DNA from: Mobula hypostoma
Taxonomy: Eukaryota
Assembly (NCBI RefSeq): GCF_963921235.1
Contig: NC_086097.1
Coordinates: 146,756,001 to 146,820,000, forward strand
Direction of reading: 5' to 3'
DNA: 64,000 nucleotides
In this document: piece after piece, positions 25,100 to 37,099 of the stretch
Position numbering within the stretch: position 1 is the first letter of the stretch
How the letters are laid out: every line of letters starts with the position of its first letter
Notes under the pieces: model-generated
The model's database searches: none
The model's input: only the letters and a program-made list of their open reading frames with translations
What the model was told of the DNA's origin: nothing
Translations under genes and position numbers: made by a program

Positions 25100-27857
25100 C
25101 AAAGTATTGAGTACAAGAATTGAGATGTTATGTTCAATTTTGTATAAGATGTTGGTGAGGCCTAATTTGGAGTATTATGTGTAGTTTTGGTCACCTACCT
25201 ACAGGAAAGATGTCAGTAAGATTAAATGAGTGCAGTCTGAGGACCTGAGTTATAGGAAAAGTTTGAATAGGTTAGGACATTATTCCCTGGAGCATGGGAG
25301 AATAAGGGAAGATTTGGTAGAGGTATAGATAGAAGTAAAGGCAAGCAGGTTTTTTCCGTTGAAGTTGGGTGAGACTAAAACCAGAGGTGTCGGGTTAAGG
25401 TGAAAGGTTTAAGGAGAACATCTTCACTCAGAGATTGGTGAGATTGTGAAACGAGTTGCCAGCAGAGTGGTGAATGCAGGTTTAATTTCAACATTTAAGA
25501 GAAATTAGGACATGTGCCTGATGGGAGTAGTATGGAAGGCTACTCCCATCATTGTTCAATCTTGTTCATCTAACAAAGTTCAGTCTTGTTTCCCAAGCTC
25601 TTGTCTGGGTGCACGTCAATGGGACTAAGCAGATTAAAAGTTCAGCACGGTCTAGATCAGTGTTTCCCAAACTTATTTTTAGCCTAAGACACCTTCATTC
25701 TTGTTGATGCCCCTCTTAGGCACAATATACTTTTCATAATGCAAAAACATGTCTACCGTATGCTAACATGAGAAAAATGATTCTGCTTTAAATTTTTATC
25801 TGGCTTTAAACCTAGCTTACACAATACCTGTGTGCTAAACAGCAACTTTGATATCAATGTAATCCTTGAGCTTGATGGTTTTTAGTAAGAGTTGAAATAT
25901 CTGGTTCAAGTTGTGACCGCTAAAGCCTTAAGTCCCCACCATAATAATGTCCAAACATTTTCTGTTTTTTGTGAGTATGTGGTTCACTGCACTGAAGCCA
26001 CTTTCAACAAGGTAGGAGGACGGAGATACAATAAAGAGCAGTTTGGCTCTTCTCCAATGACCAGGAAACTTCGTATGACATTGTAGCCACAAAAGCCACA
26101 TTTTTGAAAAACATTTTTGCTTCTTCATCATTCTAAATTTTGATAATTTCTTCTTGCAAGCTCTCTTCCTGTTCTTCCACCTTGCAAAGAAATGGGTTAG
26201 TTACTCAGTCTGGAATTTCCTGATTGTTCAAATCATTGAATCAATTCTGAAAGTCCTTTAGTGACTGCAGTTGTAGGCAGTACTCTTGCAAATCACCATC
26301 TATGAAAGAGAGTGCCATATTTTCCATGCAGGGAAACTGTGAGGATATTCTTCTCCCAATGTTTTGCTTATATATTTCCAATTTTCCGAGAAAGGTGGAC
26401 ACTCCATATTTTGCCTGAATTGAACTGAAATTCTCATCTGGCAGTTTCATATTTAGAATGCTCATTTTGTCGAACAGATCGGCTAGGCGTGCCACATCTC
26501 CACGTAAAAGTTCAACCTTGTTTCCCAAGCTCTTGTTGACTTTGAGCAGAAATTCAGTCATAGTATTAAAAAAATGAAAAAAAACATATTTTAAGCAGCA
26601 GCCTTTTGACAGCCAATGCACTTCAGTGTGAAGAAGCGGGTGTTCAAACTCTTCGTTGTTATCTTGGCATAACTGGAAAAATATTCTGCTATTGAGATGC
26701 TGATAATGAATTACACAATGGATTGCAAAAGACTTGGAATTTCTGTTTTCATAAATGCCTCTAAACCAGCATGACGACCTGTCATATATGGTGCTCTATC
26801 AGTTGCACTAGAAATCATGTTCCTAATCAGAATACTTTTATCGTCAATATATATTTTGAGCTTATTGTAGACTGATTCTCTGTTGATATTTATTTAATTG
26901 TTTTACAAAAGAGAATCTCTTCATAAACTTTTCCATTTTTGATAAGCTATACATATGCCATTAGCAATGCCTCATTGACTTGCACAGTTGAATTGTCCAG
27001 ATGTATCCCAAATTTTGCTTTTTGTAGCTTTATGCATAGTTGATACTCAATGTCTTCACTCATTTTGATAATATGACAAACTACAAAGATATTACTCAAA
27101 GGAATTGATTTTAAAATACTGGTTTCCATTTTAAGAGCAGTGGTGAGCACTTTTGATACAGCAGGCATTAATAATCTTCCACCAATTGTATGAGATTTTC
27201 CACATTTTCCTATCATTTTGGAAACATTATAAGAAGCAATGAGAGCACTATCAAGGTCATTTTTAGCTTTCTTGACAAATGACTCAAGTGTACAATGCTT
27301 TTCAAATGCTTCTTTCATCTTCTGGAACTGAGTAGTAACATAAGTAGGCTTTTCACAGTGTCTTTTATGGAAATGTTCCTGCAATCTCCATGGTTTCATG
27401 GCTTCATTAGAAAGTACAGTATTACAGATGAGACACATGGGGTGTTGCTGATCTGACGGGAGTAGAATAAAACCATACTCCAGGTATGTAACATTGTATT
27501 GACGTACTTTCTGTAGTTTCTGTTTCTCAGCAGGCTTAGAATTCAAGCCTTCAACACCTTCAGACTCATAGAGATCACACCGTACATATTTATCCATCTT
27601 TAACGGGTCTAAATTAAAATGAAAACTTGCAGTGCCTATCGGATGTTGACAACGGCAGCGAGTTGACACGATTGGTCAGGCCTCAGGCTTCAAGTTAGGA
27701 TGCTACTTAACGACTCCCCCAAGAATCTTGAATGCCCCCCTCCCACAATGACTTCTGTATCCCCTAGTTCCCCCTTAGGACACATAACCGCTCCTTTTGG
27801 GATCAGTGATCTAGATGAACAGAAGGGCCTGTTTTTGTGCTGTAGTGTTCTATGACT
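25100..27857 (+). mobile_element. CR1 3' fragment split by a hAT insertion
   Basis: LVRPNLEY..FWSPTYRKDV at about 25150; the 3' tail resumes at 27809 (GAAGGGCCTGTTTTTGTGCTGTAGTGTTCTATGACT). Confidence 0.85.
25658..27808 (-). mobile_element. hAT DNA transposon, Buster/Charlie family, both ends present, inactivated transposase
   Basis: Ends CAGTGTTTCCCAAA and TTTTGGGATCAGTG; TSD GTCTAGAT (25650-25657) / ATCTAGAT (27809-27816) fits the Buster NTCTAGAN preference; BED finger RQY..YLEYGF..PMCLIC..LSNEAMKP..L..HF; HTE.HWLSKG; PSSYLVESGFS. Confidence 0.95.
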
Positions 27858-28092
27858 TTATCAAGTACAGCTGGTGCAGTAATGTCCAACTGAATGGAAC
27901 ATTATGCTGTATTAACGGCAAGTCCATTCTTCACAAAACTGAGGACAGGTAGAACGTCAGTACAGAGTGTCACTTGTCTGTGTACTCAGTGTTTACATTC
28001 AACTGGATGATAAGCCCCCTTATGTTTTTATGAAAACATAAATCAATGTCTTCCTCTCCTTTCCTTGATGCACATCTGAAATGCAGTTTTAT

Positions 28093-28279
28093 TTGATCAT
28101 CCACTTCAATATCGTGTTCCTGTCACCTTCGCCCCCAGTCCCTCAATCCCTTTGGCATTCCGAAATCCATCTTTCTCCTTCCTGAACATGCTTAATTATT
28201 TGGCCTCCACTACCATGTGGTCAAGAAATCCACATGTTCTATTGCCTTCCACTTATGGAAAACTGGTGGGGATGTTTTC

Positions 28280-28313
<34 letters not shown>

Positions 28314-28638
28314 TGTCTGTCTGTCTGGTGGTGGGTGAGGGGCATTGCAGCCAGCGACATAGGTATTGGCCAAACAGGTGCCAGTTACAGCAACACTGGA
28401 TTCACCTCACATTTGATGCATCCTTGTCTGCCAGCAAAGGCAAAAGGTCACTCCCACATCCCCACCAGTTTTCCATAAGTGGAAGGCAATAGAACATGTG
28501 GATTTCTTGACCACATGGTAGTGGAGGCCAAATAATTAAGCATGTTCAGGAAGGAGAAAGATGGATTTCAGAATGCCAAAGGGATTGAGGGACTGGGGGC
28601 GAAGGTGACAGGAACACGATATTGAAGTGGATGATCAA
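28093..28638. repeat. Near-perfect 183-bp inverted duplication of an old CR1 3' end, 180-bp spacer containing (TG)n
   Basis: 28093-28275 versus 28456-28638; I see a single mismatch (TTCCGAAAT versus TTCTGAAAT). Confidence 0.95.
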
Positions 28639-29214
28639 TAATGATTGAGCTAGAATGGTAGGTGAGCCCAAAGGGTGAATGGCCTTTCCCAGTCCTATTT
28701 GCTATTTTTCCATATTACCTAAACAAGACTGACCAACTATAACTAAAATCAGTCTCAGTCCTAAAATATTATCTCTGTTTCTCTTTCCTCAGATGCTCCC
28801 TGACCCTCTTTCTCTTCCTTCAAATGCTTCCTGAACTGCTGAGCATTTTCAATATTTTCTGTTTTTATTTCAGACTTTCAGCATTTGCAATTTTGTTTTA
28901 TTTTCATCTTTGCAGCCATCTCGAGGCAGTTGAAATGGATTATCCCCTCAAACACCACAGTACTTCTAATGATCTAGAATACATTGATTTACACACTTAG
29001 TTGTGTAGAGACATTGAATATTAACTAATTTGTTTCCCTTTCCATGTTAAGGGTAAATTAAAATTTTTCAGGAGCCATGTTGTTTAACTGCATTTGAACA
29101 ATCATGCTAAATGCAGCAAAAGTCCTCCATGTTGAGAATAGATGAGCAAAGAGGAATTGTTTAACATGCAGGTGACCTGGCCCTTTGGGCAATATTAGTG
29201 TTGTTACTACTACA

Positions 29215-29880
29215 TTAGATTAGATTAGATTATGAGGACACGCAGTCCTCTTTTATTGTCTTTTAGTAATGCATTAACAAATGATACAATGTTCCTCCAG
29301 AATATCACAGAAACACAAGACAAACCAAGACTAAAAAAACTGACAAAAACCACATAATTATAACATATAGTTACAACTGTGCAAAACAATACCATAATTT
29401 GATGAAGAACAGACCATGGGCATGGTAAAAAAAAGTCTCAAAGTCTCTCGAAAGTCCTGCAGACGGTAGAAGGGAGAAACTCTCCCTGCCATGAGCTTCC
29501 AGCGCCACAAACTTGCCAATGCAGCACCCTGGAAGCACCTGACCACAGCCGATTCTTGAGTCTGTCCGAAAACTTCGAGCCTCCGACCAGCCCTCCGACA
29601 CCGAGCACCGCGCACCATCTCTGCCGAGCGCTTCGACCCCGGCCCCGGCAACAGGCAATAGGCAAAGATGAGGATTTGGGCCCTTCCCCTCTGGAGATTC
29701 TCGATTGCACAGTAGCAGCGGCAGCGAAGTGGGCATTTCAGAAGTTTCTCCAGATATTCCTCCGTGCTGCTCACGTCTGTCTCCATCAAATCAGGACTGT
29801 GCATGGCCCCTATTTAACAAATACGATATCATTTCGGAGCGGCCGCGCACGCTGCATTGTGCCGCCATCTTCTCCTCCCC
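29215..29880 (-). mobile_element. Non-autonomous retroposon, GC-rich 5' end, Rex1-like tail
   Basis: Starts GGGGAGGAGAAGATGGCGGC, CpG-rich body, ends GACAATAAAAGAGG..(TAATC)n; no real ORF. Confidence 0.65.
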
Positions 29881-31227
29881 TCCAATGACCTCAGACTAAA
29901 AAGTTAAAGAGCTAAATCTCTGACAAGACAGCAAGAAGGAAATAACATTCAGTATGAAGATTTTTACCTTTAGGAAGAATATCAAGGATACATTAAGGTA
30001 AGAACTTGGCTGAGAAGCATCAACTTTGAAAGAAAAATAAAAATGAACTCTTCATTTGAACAGAGAAAATTCAGAAGTCACCTGATGAAGCTGGTCAGAT
30101 TATAGGTGTTTAGATAAGGTAAGATGAGAACAAGTAATACAAGTGAAACTCTGATAATCCGGTACCCTACAAACTTGGTGGTGTTAGAATGTCAGGTTTT
30201 CTGAACAGCTGGAATGATTTTCCCAATACACTTTTAATTTATTGTTTCTAAACATGTTATACAGAATTACTGTAAAAATAATAAAGTAAAAAACAATGTG
30301 AGGAGGGTGCTGCAGGCCAGGGACAGAGAGAATGGGGTTTTGAAGAAGGGTTGAAAATGAAAGAAGGCTGGAGGTTGGAGGAACAGAAAGGAGAGATCAG
30401 AGTCATGAGAGAAGCAAATGGGAATGGAGCTTGAAATGGAATGAGCTGTAAATACTTAAAGCTGGCTCTAAAATATATTTTTTAACAACTTAAAATCCGG
30501 TCAAAATTTTGTTAATGGCCGCACAACCAAAAGCAGACACAGGCACGCCCACATGTTGGGAGGACACTCAGGTCTTAAGGGACTGCAGAAGCACAAAGTG
30601 AATGGACACCAGTAACTTATATTGCCATCAGTCATTTCATTTGGAGCACTCAGATATTTTTTTCCAAGGGAAGGGTAGCGGCAGGACGAAGTGAATTAAG
30701 GGTATGCAGGGTAACACATTCTTTAACGAGAAATGAAGGGACTGTTTTTAGAGCATGTTGACATTATTCAATATTCTGTTTGAAGCTTTTTCTGAAGAAA
30801 AAGGTAAAAAGAAAGCAATGTTCAAGTGAAAATTACCAACGGCTTTTGCCAAGACACTGGCTGTGCTATTGACACATAAGCATACTCTTTTGGAATATGG
30901 TTTACAATATAATAAGATGTAATCTGCACTTTACACCAACGCAAATTACAACCTTGAAAAGTTGTCATTAGCTGAATTGGTGATGATGTCTTGAAGTCAA
31001 TGGATGATCTTGCACTTGACTACAGAATCGATCCCACTGCTTGCAGTCAGATTCACTTGGTATGCTTTTTCCCTTTTTTGAGTACTCATCACAGTACATT
31101 CCAGATCACTTAAAGTTCTTCCCTCTGGTTCTGTTGCCAGTGCTCTGAAAATTGTGTCCCTTTGTTTAATGAAATTGTGGACGTAGTTTGTTCTAATCTT
31201 CTTCTATCATAACACTCATCAGTTTGA

Positions 31228-31354
31228 ATACAAGAGATTCTGCAGATGCTGGAAATCCAGAGCAACACAGACAAAATGTTGAAGGAACTCAGCAGGTCAG
31301 GCAGAATTTATAGAGAGAAATACAGTATATGTTTCAGGTGAAGCACCTTCATCA
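31228..31354 (-). mobile_element. Penelope terminal repeat with hammerhead relic
   Basis: Minus strand TTGATGA-AGGTG-CTT-CACCT-GAAAC, then the GCCTGACCTGCTGAGTTCC repeat. Confidence 0.75.
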
Positions 31355-32524
31355 AAAATAATTATTTTGAATATCTCCATTAAATCCATAAATTTTTGTT
31401 CAACTGGAAATTCAATATAAAAAATGACAAGCAACCACAATATAATGTAAATATGACCAAACAGTATAAATATGTAAGGTTTTCAGACAAAAGTTGATCT
31501 GATTCTGTGGAAATCTACTTTTACTACTCGAAAAGTAGATCATCTACAGAACACAAAAGTGAAAGCTTTTTCCTAACACCTTTTGTATCTCCCAGGAATA
31601 TAAGAAACAGGAGCAGACCATTCACACCTCACTTGTTCTGACTCCTATTGAAATTGTCCGAAATGTTTTATGTTTAAAATCGTATAACATAATCTATCAA
31701 TTGTGAATAACTTGCATTATTGTACTATTAAAATATACAGTGACAAATTTGCTCAAAGCAGACTTTTACAAATGCTGACCTAGATATCTCAGAATTTAGA
31801 ATCAGATTTATTATCGCTGACATATAATATGAATGCTGTTGTTGCCCCTTCTCTTCTTTTCTCTTGCTTTGCATTTAGACAAACTTTATTTTTTAAAGTC
31901 TGCTTGGTTCTTGTTTGTATTAATGTCTGCTGTTTATATCTGTTATCCCTACATCATAATGCTTAAAATATGTCCCTTTGCTGATATTTCTCTTGCAAGG
32001 GCAAACTAAACTTCATTATAACGTCTACCTCTCGTAACACTGCAAGACTTTTAGTACCGCACAGCTACTTCAGATTATATTCTGCCCTGAAGTATCTTTA
32101 GTTCAACTCAATCCCACAATTTGACATGACAGCGCTATTAACTGAGCCACAGATGCCATTGAACTGGTAACAAAACACTAGAGTATTTCAGCATGATACA
32201 AACATGTATAATGGTGCAATGTATTCAAAATTTAAACATTATATTGTAGAGATAGCTATTTCCCAGTACATTTACCCAGAAATGATAATATTAGCAATGA
32301 GCCTATCCTGCTGTTTGTTTTCCTTTATTTGTTTGGCTGGATTTCTGCATGAATCATTAACTAATCATCTGCTAATTTCTACAAGGATCACATTACTATT
32401 ATGAAGGAAATAATGATGTACAGGAACTTTCCAATATGCATGGCTTCCTTATAAATATACATTCCCTTCTTTCATAGTGTGGTAATAAGTGAAAATACAT
32501 TTTCAAAGACATGCATGTTTCAAA

Positions 32525-32630
32525 GATAAGCCCTGAAGGGGGGATCTTGGCCTGAAAAGTTGACTGCTTACTCTTTTCCATAGATGTTGCCTGGCCTGCT
32601 GTGTTCCTCCAGCATTTTGTGTGTTCCTTT
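32525..32630 (+). mobile_element. Penelope terminal repeat with hammerhead relic
   Basis: CTGAAGG-GGGGATCTTGGCCT-GAAA-AGTTGAC followed by the terminal repeat. Confidence 0.7.
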
Positions 32631-32649
32631 GAAATGAGGTTCAAATGTT

Positions 32650-33697
32650 TAAAGGTTCATTTATTACCAAAGTATACAACATGAATTTTTTTTTCTCAGG
32701 AAAACCATGAAACCAAGAAAGAAAAGAAAGGCAGCACGATCATCAGCCACCACAATCCCCCCTCCCAGCACAAAAATTGAACAAAAATGGAACAGTCACA
32801 TCAACCCCCAAAATCCCCCCTCCTCGCACAAAGAAACGTACAAAAATGGAACAGGCACGTCAACTCCCAAATCCCTCCTCCCGCACAAAAAAAAATGGAA
32901 CAGGCACATTAACTCCCAAATCCCTCCTCCCACACAAAAAAACCCAAAATGGAACAGGCATACCCACCCCAAATCATCCCCGCACAAAAAAACAAGAAAA
33001 ATCAAGTGAAAAACACAGAATATAAAAAACTCTAGGTCTGGAAAACAGTCTATAGTGTAGGTCTACATCCAAAGCGCAGAAAACCTGGGGACACAGTGGT
33101 GACAGGCCTTTCCCTCTCTGTAGCAAAGCTATCAGAAGCCAGGCAGCCAGCGCACACCCTCCACACTTGCCTCGATGCTTCAATCTCCCCTGTCGCTTTA
33201 ATGGAAGCTTTGATTGGCAAAATGGAGCTGAACAACAGTTTAAGCCTTGTCCCACAGCCTTCTCACCATGAAGTTCGCACACACTGTCTCTGTCTCCCAG
33301 AATCCTCTCGGAGCCCGCAGAGCACTGAAGCACTGAAATGATCTCCAAGCTTCCGCATTTGCCCCGATGTTTCAATCTCCAATATCGCTTTAATCAATGA
33401 TCAATGGAAGCTTTAATTGCTGAAATGGAGTCGAACATCAGCTGCAGCCTGCCTGCTATGAGGTTACCTCACGCTGCCTCTGCCTCCTGGAATGTTCTCG
33501 GTGACCGCAGAGTGCAGGAGCACCCAAACAGCAAATCACGGGCTCCAGCAGTTTCCAGAATCACATCCAAGATGAGAAACAAACACAGAAGACATAAAAT
33601 AAGTGAAATATATGGTTTCCAGGAAATATATAAATATATCTATCCAGGAGATGTCGATCGAAGGAGCAGTTTTCACGGACGCCATCTTGACCGGAAG
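32650..33697 (-). mobile_element. Non-autonomous retroposon with internal minisatellite
   Basis: 5' CTTCCGGTCAAGATGGCGTC; about four ~55-bp units (AAAATGGAACAG..CCCAAATCCCTCCTCCCGCAC) at about 32750-33000; Rex1-type tail. Confidence 0.65.
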
Positions 33698-33819
33698 CTG
33701 ATGGTATTGTTGATGGGGATAAACTAAGGGAACCTTGTGAGAGAAAATATAGCAGGAAATCTTAATAATTAACTACAGTAATTCATTCACCTAACAGCTT
33801 CTTTGATCATAAATAAAAA

Positions 33820-34075
33820 TATAAGATGCTGCCAACATTAAACAGGTTGAGAGAGAAATAGAATTAATGTTTCAAAATCTGAGATACAGACAGAAAATGC
33901 TGGAAACATTGAGCAAGTCAGATGGCATCTGTGGAAAGAGAAACAGAGCTGATATTTCAAGTTGAAAATTCTTTGTTGATTTGAAACATTAATTCTTTTG
34001 CTCTTTCAATAGTTGCCTGACCAGCTTAGAGGATGTAGCATTTTCTGTTTTTATTTTAAGAATATTCAACATGCA
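33820..34075. mobile_element. Decayed Penelope terminal repeats in inverted arrangement
   Basis: ACAGAAAATGCTGG..GGCATCTGTGGAAAGAGAAACAGAG facing GAAACATTAATTC..GCCTGACCAGC..GCATTTTCTGT. Confidence 0.55.
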
Positions 34076-35459
34076 TAGTTTCTTTTAATTTTAATTAACT
34101 CCCCATGTTGATATTTTTAATGAATCTTTTCAGTTATCATATTCCTTCAACAGTCAGCCTCAATTCAGTTCCTCAGATATCCTTTTCAACATGTCCTGCT
34201 CTCCTTGTGTTGAAGTGGGAAGTTCGCATTCAGCAGTAAACCAAACTCCACTCAATAGAACAGTGAAGTCAGGATATAGTGTCCAAGCTCTCTGTGCTTT
34301 ATTGGATAGCACTCACATATACAATTAGAGTAAAACTGAGAAAGAACCAAAAAATAACTTAAGTACTTAATGCAGCAAAATTATGATCATGAAGTCACAC
34401 ATTCACAAGAAATTAGAAATATAGGAAGCTAGACTTATGTGTAAAATATCCAAAACTTATAAACAGAATGAGGGAACAAAGTTTTTCAGTAAGCGAGAAG
34501 ATTAATATCATGTTAGCATTCCTTAAATTACCAGTGCTGGTCAAACACTCTGATAATCAGGAATAAACTTTTATATATAATATTGACATAAAATATTGCT
34601 CAGATAGTTTTCTCTTTTATGAACTAAAGCAATACCTACAGACAATGATTTTGCTAGCACACATGAATGAAAGGTAACACGGGATTGTGCCTATATACTT
34701 TAGTCTGATTGAAAAATCTGCAAAAACAAAATGATTGTCCTTCTGAAGTAGTCCAACTGCAATTCAAAATAAAAGTCAGCAGGGCTATCAAAATAAAAGG
34801 GGAGGGAGGGCTATATTTCAAAATATAAGCTTGAACTCAACACTTGTACCAGCCCCAGGAAAATATAGTTGCTGGTTAAGTTTTCTACTTCTACCTGTGA
34901 TTAAAATTCATCTTGTTCATTCACTGAGACTCACAAAATGACAGAGGATGGGCATTCCCTGACTTAATTCTGCAAAAGAGGCTATCCTCAGCTCAAAAAG
35001 ATTGCAATGCTGTTTCTTCAATCCTTTCCAACACACTGTCAGGAAGACCTTGCAAATGGTATTACATATTCTTAACCTGAGAATGATCAGCCAGATTTCA
35101 AGTCAGAAGATATCCCTTAATGGAGAAGATATAGATGTTAGGAATGAACTGTTTATGCATGACTTGTGTCATTCTTCATGCTCATATTTCAAATAAATCA
35201 ACGCTTATACGAAGCGTGAATGCAATATACACTGGGTACTATAGCATGCAAAGTTAAGAAGTTACTTAAGAAGCATACTTTTTACAAAGAGCACTGTAAG
35301 ATAAAAGACCAGATATTGTGCTTTTCAGTTCCTCGATCTCCCACAAGATCTGCAACAAAGCATTGATGGTAGATCATTTAAATTTATAATTTCTGTTTTC
35401 TTCCTCAAAATCATTGATTTTGAAACATTAGCCTAAAGAGATTATCGAAGGATTTACAT

Positions 35460-35990
35460 TGTCGTAGAGTTATACAACACTACAGGACAGAGATTGGCCC
35501 TTTGGCCCATCTTGTCCATTGTTGTATTGTTGTTCCTTTTTGCATCTTGGGGCATATTGGGCAGCTTTTTTGCCGTTTCCTTTTTACAAGGCCGAGCTGC
35601 TGGCTCGGTGCTCAGCCCGGCACAGATGAAAAGTGTGTAAGGGTCCGGCCGATTCAAACTCGGGACCATTTGCCTCAAAGTCCGGTGCTGATGCTGGCAC
35701 AGTAGTCCATACCGAGCTATTTATCTGCCTAGTCTCATCGATCTGCACCCAGACCATAGCCTTCCATGCCCCTCACATCCAAGTACCTGTCCAAGTTTCA
35801 CATAAGTGTTGAAATAGAACCCACATCCATCACTTGCACTGGCAGCTCACTCCACACTCTCACCATCCTCTGAAAGAAGAAGTTCCCCTTCGTGTTTCCC
35901 TTAAACATTTCACCTTAACCCATGACCTCTGCTTCTAGTCTCATCCAACCTCGGTGGTTAAAAATCTACTTGCATTTACCCTATTTATGA
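35460..35990 (-). mobile_element. CR1 3' end split by a SINE
   Basis: Typical CR1 3' end on minus strand; interrupted at about 35519-35703. Confidence 0.75.
35519..35700 (-). mobile_element. tRNA-head SINE with RTE 5' motif
   Basis: CATCAGCACCGGACTT..B-box-like GAGTTTGAATC..; same head as 62499-62740; (CAA)-like tail. Confidence 0.7.
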
Positions 35991-36714
35991 TTCTAGATTC
36001 TATGAGAACATTGATAATCCGAGAGTCAACTACATAAAGCACTTATGTCACAATTAGGCTTAATTCATGAAATCCATCCCCTTTCTTTGAATGAAGAGGA
36101 ATAGCTCTAGGGATCTAATGTAAGAGTTTGAAGTTTGAGTTTACTTAAATGGTTTTGATTGTTTTTAATTCTTTAATAGGATGAATAACTTTTAATGTTA
36201 TTGAGATGTTCTGACTCCTTGAAAGTCACTGGCAGTATTGTTGAAGGTTCTGGTGTAGTTTGCTGTCAACAATTTTTCAGCTAATTGAAGAGTTATGACT
36301 CGTTTTGACCAACATATACAACATAGGTACACAGTAGAAAGCTCCACAGAGCCTGATAGAGGGCAAAGCTCTGGATAACCAAGCTAAATAATACAGACCT
36401 CGTGCACAGGACTCTAATAAGGACAGGCAGCTCCCAGCTGTTCACAGTCTTTAGTTATACACTTGAAAAACATTTCCCTCATTGTCATTCATCGATGCTA
36501 ACAGAATTAATGAAAATCCAGATGCACTATCTCTTTACGTTAACATTGTTCATTTATTGTACATTCAAATTGTGGCACAGGAAGTACAAGTCATATGACT
36601 AGAATGTATACTGTATCTCATATAAAACATGGTGCTGGAGATACCTTGTATGCAGTTCCCAAGGGAATCAGTAGGCACTCCCACTTGTAACGACTACACT
36701 TGAAATATGCAGCT

Positions 36715-37052
36715 GCCGAGAGGGCTGGTATTTAGTGCAGCAGTGAAGGTCCTCCATTGCTGATGGTGTTCAGGGGTTCCTTCGTATTGTCACTAGCTTT
36801 CTCTCAGTTTTCATTGCTGTCAGTCATGCAAGTCCTGGGTGGCAACTCAGGAATACCGTTGCACTCACATGTAGTTCACTGCTGTGTCCATAACAATTTT
36901 GTTTTACTAGTCAGGTTGTTACCCCCTGAGTTGAACCCCAGATCCTGGAGGACCAGTGGAATACTCTTAGTCTGTCCTCTATCCTTTGACCATTTTGATT
37001 ATTGAGGCACGCAAGCCTCCAAACTATGACAAGGTTGTGGTCCTCTTGGAGG
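36715..37052 (-). mobile_element. Bipartite non-autonomous RTE element (BovB/Expander-like 5' UTR plus 3' end)
   Basis: 5' ACCTTGTCATAGTTTGGAGGCTTGCGTGCCTCAAT, GGGGTTCAACTCAGGGGGTAACAACCTGACTAGTAAAA; 3' QWRTFTAALNTS. Confidence 0.7.
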
Positions 37053-37099
37053 TGCCAGAAAGCACTTCAGGTAAAGCTGGAGTGAAGGCCCTAACCATC

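Noticed and set aside
26947..27669. Domesticated ZBED5/SCAND3-like gene
   Set aside because: Transposase is broken by stops and frameshifts and still has TIRs and a TSD.
29358..29899. Cluster of overlapping ORFs / CpG-island promoter
   Set aside because: Explained by the GC-rich body of a non-autonomous retroposon.
29974..29997. 24-nt micro-exon candidate with good splice sites (tag|GAAGAATATCAAGGATACATTAAG|gtaaga)
   Set aside because: Lies in what reads as a decayed CR1 3' relic (FRKNIK..EQRKFR..L); no partner exons; would need RNA-seq support.
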